Source: the human T2T-CHM13v2.0 reference genome, Homo sapiens. Taken from it: a stretch of DNA of 64,000 bases. The position numbers and the translations under genes were made by a program. The notes under the pieces were generated by a model. The model had not been told where the DNA came from, searched no databases, and saw only the letters and a program-made list of their open reading frames with translations. Of the stretch, positions 55,876-64,000 are shown in pieces. Within the stretch, counting starts at the first letter, position 1. Every line of letters starts with the position of its first letter. The stretch covers positions 28,736,001 through 28,800,000 of the forward strand of contig CP068257.2 in assembly GCA_009914755.4 (NCBI GenBank), read 5' to 3'.

Positions 55876-57018
55876 CTCTCAGCAATAGGTGTGGTGCACA
55901 GCAGAGTCATCCCTCACATTTTTGTGCTCCCTCATTTACATATGTGTAGCTCAGCAATCTTGCCTGTAATCGCATTTGAATACTTTTCCACATGTTGTAT
56001 TTATGCGTGCTATAATTTTGGTGTTATAGCACAAAGCCAATGAACTGCACTTATGCCAGAAATGCTATGACTGTTTCGTATTAATATTTATTTTATTATG
56101 TCTAGGAAAGCACCTCCTTTTCCTCCTAGCATAATTTTCATGTGTCTTGTTATTGGCTGTTATGGGCAATAATTTTCCCTAAACAGTGAGAAATGAGATA
56201 AAGTTACATGTCTTTTTTGTCAATGGATTAGAGACACAACTTTGGCCTTAATGAGAAACCTGCTGAAAACTAAACCTACATGTCACCATCCTTTCTCATT
56301 CCACAAAAGTTTCCTTCATCTATTATGTACTGTTACTCACTGTGTCTCACATCCAGTGTAGAGGGAAAAGTATGAGCCAAGACAAATTGAATAACATTGA
56401 TGCCTATGACCAGAAGGAAACCTGGACAATTATTTGGAGACATGGTGACAGCAAGGGATGGAACTGAGACAATCACAAATGAAAAACAATTCTGGGGCCT
56501 TATGAAGAGAATTAAAGTGTTAAATAAACACACACCATTGAAATGACAGAAAAAAATAAATGAATTTTAGATTCAATGCATCTAATATGAGGCCCATGGT
56601 CCTAAGAGATTCTCATTCATATGTGTGGCAGCCTGGAGAATTCTCATCTCGGATCTTAAATTACAGGAGGCTTAAATAACCAGTGGTCCTACCTGCTGTG
56701 TTCTAAAAGTTAACACTGCATTTTTGGGGAAGCCTTGCTTTCTCTGGGCTGCTCCCAAGCAAAGACTGAGCACAGTGGGATATAGGAATTCCTGGAAGAC
56801 AATTGACGGCCAGCTTTGACTCAGGGTTTCCTCAACGGCCTTAAAGAACTACTGTCTCCTGCATAGGTCTCAAGCACTTCTTTCTCTTTCTCCTTCACTT
56901 GGGCCAGACCTATGTCCAAATCTTACAACTCTCCCAGCCTCTCTCAGGGGAGACTCTGGAAAGAGAAAAAATGCAGAAAATCTGTAAATATTTAATCTTG
57001 TTTATACTTTTTAAAAAG

Positions 57019-57396
57019 TGATACTGTTTGGATTTGTGTCCCTGCCCAAATCTCAGGCCAAATTGTAATCCCCAGTGTTGGGGAAGGCCTGGTGGGAGAT
57101 GATTGGATCATGGGGGTGGATTTCCCCCTTGCTGTTCTCGTGCTAGTGAGTTAGCTCTCATGAGATCTGGTTGTTTAAAAATGTGTAGCACTTCCCCCTT
57201 CACTCTTTCTACTGCTTCCCTTGTAGGACTGCCTGCTTCTCCTTCATTTTCTGCCATGATTGTAAGTTCCCTGAAGCCTCCCCAGCCGTGCTTCGTGTAC
57301 AGCCTGCAGAACTGTGAGTCAATTAAACCTCTTCTCTTTATAAATTACCCAGTCACAGGTAGTAGTTTATAGCAGTGTGAGAATAGACTAATATAA
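57019..57396 (+). mobile_element. MST/THE1-type MaLR solo LTR
   Basis: tgatactgtttggatttgtgtccctgcccaaatctcaggccaaattgtaatccccagtgttggggaaggcctggtgggagatgattggatcatggggg...ttataaattacccagtcacaggtagtagtttatagcagtgtgagaatagactaatat. Confidence 0.8.
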
Positions 57397-58939
57397 AAAG
57401 TAAACCAATTTTTTGAAGGATAGCAAAAAATTTAAACTGAACATTTTATCTTGAGTATGCCAATCAGGGTAAACAAAAAAAAAAATTATTTCAGTTGTTC
57501 AATGATTTAGAGAAACAATAAACAAACTTTTGAGTTTAGTTTTGGAGCTTATGTTCAGACTGTCTCCAGGTAATATCTGCTAAAACTCATTTTTTCAGCC
57601 ATCTCCACCTTAGTTAGACTAGATCTACACCATTCTCCTATTATTTCACGTGTGAGTTGATGTCTTTTATCAAGATTGGTAAATTCCCAACTGTACTCTC
57701 TTCAAATATTGTTTCTGCCCCATCCTGTCATCTTTCTTTTGCTTAGATTCCAATTATAAGCAAGGTACACTTTTTAACTACATTACATATGGCTTATACT
57801 CTTTTTTCTATTTTCAATCTTTATATAGAAGTATTGGCTTTTGCTTATTGAGGTTGTAACCTGGATGGTTAGTGAAAGCAAGATTTTCCAGCATGTTAGT
57901 GACAAGTTGCCTGGTTATTTTGAAAAGAGAAGCAGGTAGGTGCCAAACGTTGTAATTTTCAACTATGGATGAGATTCTGTTGAAAACATATCTCAAATAT
58001 CCAAAGCCATTATTCATAGCCCAGTGAAGAGAATCATCTGTCAAAAGATCAGAAGCCTTTTGATGTATATCCCTGAGCCATATATTTTATGTGAAAGATC
58101 TCAATTTTTAATTGTTGATAAATAATTCAGTCAAAAAAAGAAACAACAATGATGAGGCTCCATATTAAACAGAACAAATAATATGATCTCCAAGATGAAG
58201 TGAGTCCAAAGTTGTGGCATTTACAAGTTCTTCTTAAACTTCTATCAAATTAATGTGGACAAAGTTTTAGAGATTTAGAGGCAGAGAGAAGGGAAGAACA
58301 CCTCTTTTCACAATAACTGGTTCAGAGAAGGATTTTTGAATAAGGAGCCTGGATTAACTGAAGACAAATTCACTAAATCCCTTAGTTTTGCCTGAATAAA
58401 TTCATGCTCTCCATTTAACTCACAAGTTTTGTATTCAAGATTATTTTAAAGAGTTACATTTGAAACAAAAGAAAATGGGGAAGGAATAGTTTCCAAACCT
58501 ACTTACTAAGGTACAAGGTTAGGGGAAATCAACTGCCATTGAAAAATAGAAAGTAACTCACTGAATAGATATTTGAATTGGCCATATTTGCTTCTTTCTT
58601 CATTCTTCCTTCTGGAAGGCCTATATTAAGTTACTTTTCAATATTGCCATACATTTTAATTGAGAAAATTTAATCGAGAAAATGTCTAACATTATTGTTG
58701 TAAGTTTATTATATTTTATTATAAAATAAAATGTCATCAACCATGACAGTACACTTTCTTTGGTCCTGAATATAATTTAACTACTTGTATTTCAACATAG
58801 AATATTTTGTGAATGAACTTACAAAGTGGCTATCCTCAAAGAATACGACAAAGCTGTCCAATTTTTATTTTTCAACATGGAATCTATAATTCAGCAGAGG
58901 CAAACAAACACATGAACAAAACATAAAATATAACAAGTA

Positions 58940-59040
58940 AAAAAAAGAAAAAAGATAAAATCAAACTTAAGCACAGAAAAAAGAAAGAAAAATAGAGGGA
59001 AAGAAAGTCAGAGGAAGAGAGAGAGAAAATAAGAGAGAAA
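58940..59040. repeat. purine-rich (GA/GAAA)n low-complexity tract
   Basis: aaaaagaaaaaagataaaatcaaac...gaaaaaagaaagaaaaatagagggaaagaaagtcagaggaagagagagagaaaataagagagaaa. Confidence 0.8.
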
Positions 59041-60070
59041 CATTCATATACCATGCAGAGGAAAAGAGGACTGGGGAACAAAGAAACTTCACATTTTCAC
59101 AGGAAAATGTAGGATGGTACCTGGTTCTACAAGTGGCAAAAAGACACTGAAAGCCAGTAATATGGAAAGCTAGAGCCATTCTAAGAAGGTAGAAGTCCTG
59201 TATAATTACAAAAGTAGATGATAAATATATCAAAGTTCATAAGATTTGCTAATTTTGAAAATTTTTGCTCATAAAGACATTGAGACAAGACACATGACAG
59301 CTGGAATGCAATAGGAAAAAAAATTCTGAAATTCCTGAGCTTTCTCTTTGTTTCTCTTTCACTTGTTTCCTCCCTTCAGCAGACAAGCATTCGGGCTCTT
59401 TGGCTGAAGAGACATGACCTCAAATTGATCTTCTCTGTGACTGTGTTTCAATCGAGCTTCTTTTTGTTATCTCGTCTTTAAATAAATGGCAAGGTTTCTT
59501 TCAATTTCTAGCCATTTCTTTCTATCTCTTTGCTTTGCCTGTTCTTGATCTTTCTTCACTGGATATGAGACAGACTTTATAACTGTAGTACTTAATGTAT
59601 TAATTTACTCTTACCGCCCTAAAAAATCACCACAAAGTAATTTTGGAGTATAGCAATCAATGGTGACAAGATGGATCATTTTCACAAAGGTTCTCATCCA
59701 GGTGGAAATTGCACCAGAAAGAAACTAACGTTATCTCATTCCCCACTCTTAAGAGGAAAACATCTACTAGCAAAGCCAGATGTGAATACACAGGAAAAGA
59801 GGCAGTTAGCATGTGCCAAAGAAATAGGAAGAGCTTTCCTTGTCATGATGAGCTAGACATTAATATAAAACAGTCATAGCATTTCTGACATAAGTACAGT
59901 TCATTGGCTTTGTGCTATAACACGAAAATTATAGCACCCATAAATACAATACATGGAAAACTATTCAAATGCAATTACAGACAAGATTACGCAGTTACAC
60001 ATATGTAAATGAGGGATCACAAATATGTAAAGGATGACCCTGTTGGGCACCACACCTATTGCTGAGAGGA

Positions 60071-60077
60071 TATAAAT
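60071..60077 (+). promoter_or_regulatory. TATA box of KRTAP13-4 (TATAAAT)
   Basis: 'ggcaccacacctattgctgagaggatataaatgccc' lies 83 nt upstream of ATG 60154. Confidence 0.65.
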
Positions 60078-60153
60078 GCCCTTGTCCAGGATGCGACATT
60101 AAAACTCAGAATCTTCTTAGGTACACTCAGCTGAACTCCCATCTCTCATCAGC

Positions 60154-60636
60154 ATGTCCTACAACTGCTGCTCTAGAAACTTCTCCTCCCGCTCCTTTGG
60201 GGGCTACCTGTACTACCCAGGCTCCTACCCCAGCAGCCTGGTCTACAGCACTGCCCTCTGCTCTCCCAGCACCTGCCAGCTGCGTTCCTCTCTCTACAGG
60301 GACTGTCAGAAGACCTGCTGGGAGCCCACCAGCTGCCAGAAATCCTGCTACCGCCCCAGGACCTCCATCCTCTGCTGTCCCTGTCAGACGACTTGCTCTG
60401 GATCTCTAGGCTTTCGGTCCAGCAGCTGTCGCTCCCAGGGCTATGGATCTAGGTGCTGCTACTCGCTGGGAAATGGATCCAGTGGCTTCAGATTCCTGAA
60501 ATATGGAGGCTGTGGTTTTCCTTCCCTGAGTTACGGATCCAGATTCTGCTACCCAAACTACTTGGCTTCTGGAGCCTGGCAGTCTTCTTGTTACAGACCA
60601 ATCTGTGGATCTCGCTTCTATCAATTCACCTGCTAA
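60154..60636 (+). CDS. KRTAP13-4: keratin-associated protein 13-4, intronless, 160 aa
   Basis: This is ORF-track ORF 60154..60636(+), 160 aa, starting MSYNCCSRNFSSRSFGGYLYYPGSYPSS... and ending ...FYQFTC. Relative to the paralogs it carries in-frame 5-aa and 10-aa deletions. Length and position fit KRTAP13-4. Confidence 0.8.
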   Translation: MSYNCCSRNFSSRSFGGYLYYPGSYPSSLVYSTALCSPSTCQLRSSLYRDCQKTCWEPTSCQKSCYRPRTSILCCPCQTTCSGSLGFRSSSCRSQGYGSRCCYSLGNGSSGFRFLKYGGCGFPSLSYGSRFCYPNYLASGAWQSSCYRPICGSRFYQFTC

Positions 60637-60876
60637 ATTTCTAGATCCTTTTGAGTATTGGGATCAAAGTCTCTACTGAATGCAGCCATTATTTTCATTC
60701 TTGCCAGATCCCAATATCCTTTTATTCTTCCACCACCAGCTTCTTGCATGACCAACTTCTGGCAGACTGTGAAATTAATGAGTAACCTAATATTAACTTC
60801 TAATATCTTTACCATTGATCGAATATATGCTATCTGATTTTCATCCAAAAACTGTTGAAAATGGAAATTTTAATCT

Positions 60877-60882
60877 AATAAA
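60877..60882 (+). terminator. candidate polyadenylation signal AATAAA for KRTAP13-4
   Basis: 'ctaataaatgt' lies about 240 nt after stop 60636. Confidence 0.4.
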
Positions 60883-63800
60883 TGTATGTAATCTGGTACC
60901 CAAATATATTGTTCACATTGTTATTATTTTATTATTATTATTTTGCTTACATTTTTGCATTCAAGAATTTGGGAGATTTAAGTAAAAATCAATATGACTG
61001 TGTAACTGGATTTGGGGCCCATATAATCTGACAGATCTGAGAACATTTCTCTTGAAATTAGGTATGTTGTCTATTAAGAGTAATCATTTCTGGAAGAACA
61101 TAGTTTGCATCTGCAGACTTGTCTCAACAGCAGTGAGAATTGTCTAAGAATGAAGGACATGCATTTCTACTGATATAGGAAAGCAGAAAATTTGATGCAT
61201 AAACTAGAAATGCAGACAACAAGACTAGGAAGTAATTTATAAGGTAAACTGTATGCTTACACTAAAGGTTACTTAAAGTCTAGTATCTGAATGTGGATTT
61301 TCAACCAAGAGAAAAGTGAAGCTTAAGCACTGCTAGGACAGACGCTTTGCTCTTTGTTAGTAGACTTAAGTGCCAGGTTTCCTGCCTCCCACTGGTAAGG
61401 AGAGTCAGGATCATTCACCAATGATCTTAAGTGGGAATTATTGGGTCCAGGAGGCTTCGGTAACCTACCGATGCTTCTTCAAGGCTCAACCTTAATCAAG
61501 CTGACAGCAACACACCTGAGCCATGCTGAACAAGCATTTATATCCATTAGTCTTACTCTGGATCCTCCTCTTCTCCCCAGAACAAGGCTAATGTCAAAGA
61601 TTTGGGTGCAAACAGTTTATGTGGCACAAGATCCCAGGAAGCAAGTATGAGACACTATGGAAGATGAAAGAATCAAAGAGGAAAATCTAAAGAAAGGGTG
61701 CATTTTCGAGTTTATTTTATGGAGAGCAACTTGGCTAAATCTTGTAAGGACCTTTTAGGAGCATGTAGAATGACTCTTGGAATTGTCCCCCACAGGATCA
61801 GATCAACATGGAAAAACATTTATCCATCCGCTTCTTTCTCCCATTGGCTGAACAATATCCAAGATGTGTAATTTTCAGGAACCTTATAATTATGCAAGGA
61901 AAGAATCACAGTGGGCACCTTCTGTTTTCCTAGTTGTGACCTGGAAGAAACCCAGGTACAGTAAAAGTGGCGTTGCATATGACTGAGGGCAGATGTTGTC
62001 CACACAAAGGTGGTTGAAGCCAACATAAAATGGTTTGCATTGCTATGCTTGTGGTCATAGGTGAGTGTATACCACACAAGAAGGCAAAAGAGTTATCAGG
62101 TAACAGATTTTCACTTAATACTTAACATCCCTGTGAGAAAGACAAATACTGTATACTATAGACCTTTACAGGCATGGGGGAATGGAAACTCTAAAAGGAT
62201 TTAAAACTGGCCAAGGCTTACAGATCAAAGACCTGGTAGAATATGATCTCTTGAATGAATCTTGTTTTGTTACTCTTTTCTGGTTTTTCTTTTCTTTTTA
62301 TTAAAAAATACAACTCCTAGTTCAACCAAGGAACACTTAGTATTTCTAGTAGTACAGAAATACTGCAGAATTACTATTCATCTAAATGGAGATGATCCAC
62401 TATTGGATTTATTTGTGTAGCCTCATGAGTAGTATCAGTAATAAAGAATGAAAATACAAATAAATTTAGAGTTTAGGAGAAGAGCTCCAAAGAAGGTAAA
62501 CTAATTTATTTAAATAACATTTTAACGGTTATAACAAATAGTAGAGTAATAGAAAAATAATCAATGACATCTCAGAAAGAAAATGTTATGAATTCTGAGT
62601 TCTATGACATATCTTAACATTTTAATTATTATCATGAGTGTAACTTAGTTTTTTCAGATTTAGGATCCAAGATGATAGATATAAAGTGCTGCCTTCAATA
62701 ATACCAAGCATTATGAACAAGAATGGTGAAATTGCAGACTCTTGCAACATCTCACTAATAACGTAAATCAGATTCCCATTTTGGTGAGATTGGACTGAAG
62801 GGGGATGGAATCAATCAGAGTGAATTCATGGCAATGTTCTTGAGTAAACTAATAATATAGAATGCAGAAGCAGCATACAATGTGTAAAAAATATTGATAA
62901 ACATAAGGAAATTCCTTTCATTTACTTTTCTGTATAAAACAATACAAATTATTGCTTAAAATAAATGAAACAAGAGCTCAAAGATAATACAGTAGAAAAA
63001 CGTGAACATGGTGATTAACAAGGTAAGGAAAAGTATTGATTGCCAGTACAATTTAGAGTATATACAAAGTGTTTTAAAATTTTTCAAATTATATCTTCTA
63101 CTTTTATTGATAGAATATTGCAGCTTATTCGGATACAAAGTGAGTTATGTATTCACCACAATTAAAAATGTGCGTCTTCTCCACAGGACTCTTATTTTCT
63201 TTACCATGATGTCCTTACCAAAATTTGTACTTTTTATCATTATGGATACAACAGATAATCTCATCTTCAATGTTGAACTTTTAAAATAACTTTACATTAG
63301 CTTTATCAAACAGAACATTATGAACTTTTTATAGCTTTACTCTTTTTGGGGGGCTAGGTGAAGAAATCAAAACATTATTGGAATTAATTTATTTTCTGTT
63401 TGAAGCATTTGACAGTTCTAATATAAAACTGAATTCATTTAATCCCTAGTGATTTGTTTTTCCTGCTACTGGAGGGGCATGTCATTAACTATTGGTTCAA
63501 TTATTTTCTGTACATGCACAAGAATATGTATAATTTAACACGAGTGAAAATGACTTAAAACAGTTATTTGACCTAAATGAAAATGTCTGTATCAGGGTGA
63601 TGTATTGACACACTTTTTGCAACTGTTAATAGTAAATAATCATCTTAGGACTTGGTCTTCTTAAACATTTTTCTGTCTTTTGAAGTAGATACTGATGTAT
63701 CTTCAGTAAAACTATGTCTTTCACTTTTCATGTGGTCAATGATATCACCTACTCTCATGTTGAATAATAAATATCATCAAATTGTTGTACAAGTTCATGC

Positions 63801-64000
63801 AGTCACCATCAACCGGATTTAGTGGTAGAAATTCAGAACCCAACTTTTGTTTTTTTCATTAAAAAATGAGCTTTTATTTTTGGCTTATTTTCCTTTTCTT
63901 CTATCTACAAAATTTAAAGAAGAAAAGTGTTACCGGATAATAAAAAATAGTTGTAGATTTAAAAAATACAAGACATGGCCAAATCACTGTAGCAAGAGCA

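Overview
This window is primate, almost certainly human, nuclear DNA, not a prokaryotic locus. It is AT-rich and roughly half interspersed repeats. It matches my recollection of the 21q22.11 type-I keratin-associated-protein cluster. It contains four intronless KRTAP13 paralogs in alternating orientation: KRTAP13-2 (1556..2083, -), KRTAP13-1 (25958..26476, +), KRTAP13-3 (55271..55789, -) and KRTAP13-4 (60154..60636, +). Each has a TATA box about 80 nt upstream of its ATG and a conserved proximal promoter/5'UTR module. The repeats include about 12 Alu copies, several with clear target-site duplications (TSDs), and MaLR/ERVL elements. The MaLR elements comprise one full-length LTR-internal-LTR copy, one 5'-truncated neighbour, two THE1/MST solo LTRs and an MLT1. 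There are several old L1 fragments, MIR fragments and simple repeats. The largest repeat structure is a four-level nest: an old L1M is split by a younger, roughly 11-kb L1, which is split by an ERV1-type LTR element that itself carries an Alu. There are no CRISPR arrays, rRNA or tRNA genes, and no bacterial-style defence or biosynthetic system. The prompt's suggestion of an undescribed system is not borne out. The most unusual observations are listed here. First, an inverted, roughly 93%-identical copy of about 72 bp of the KRTAP13-3 coding 3' end sits about 275 bp downstream in its probable 3'UTR, flanked by 14-bp inverted repeats. Second, KRTAP13-1 and KRTAP13-3 share a premature TGA, with what looks like the original stop retained in frame four codons downstream. 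Third, the ERV's 5' LTR has a U3 internal deletion despite intact TSDs. Fourth, about 230 bp of the plus strand is almost pure pyrimidine. Gene names, repeat families and boundaries are from memory and visual alignment only. No search was run.
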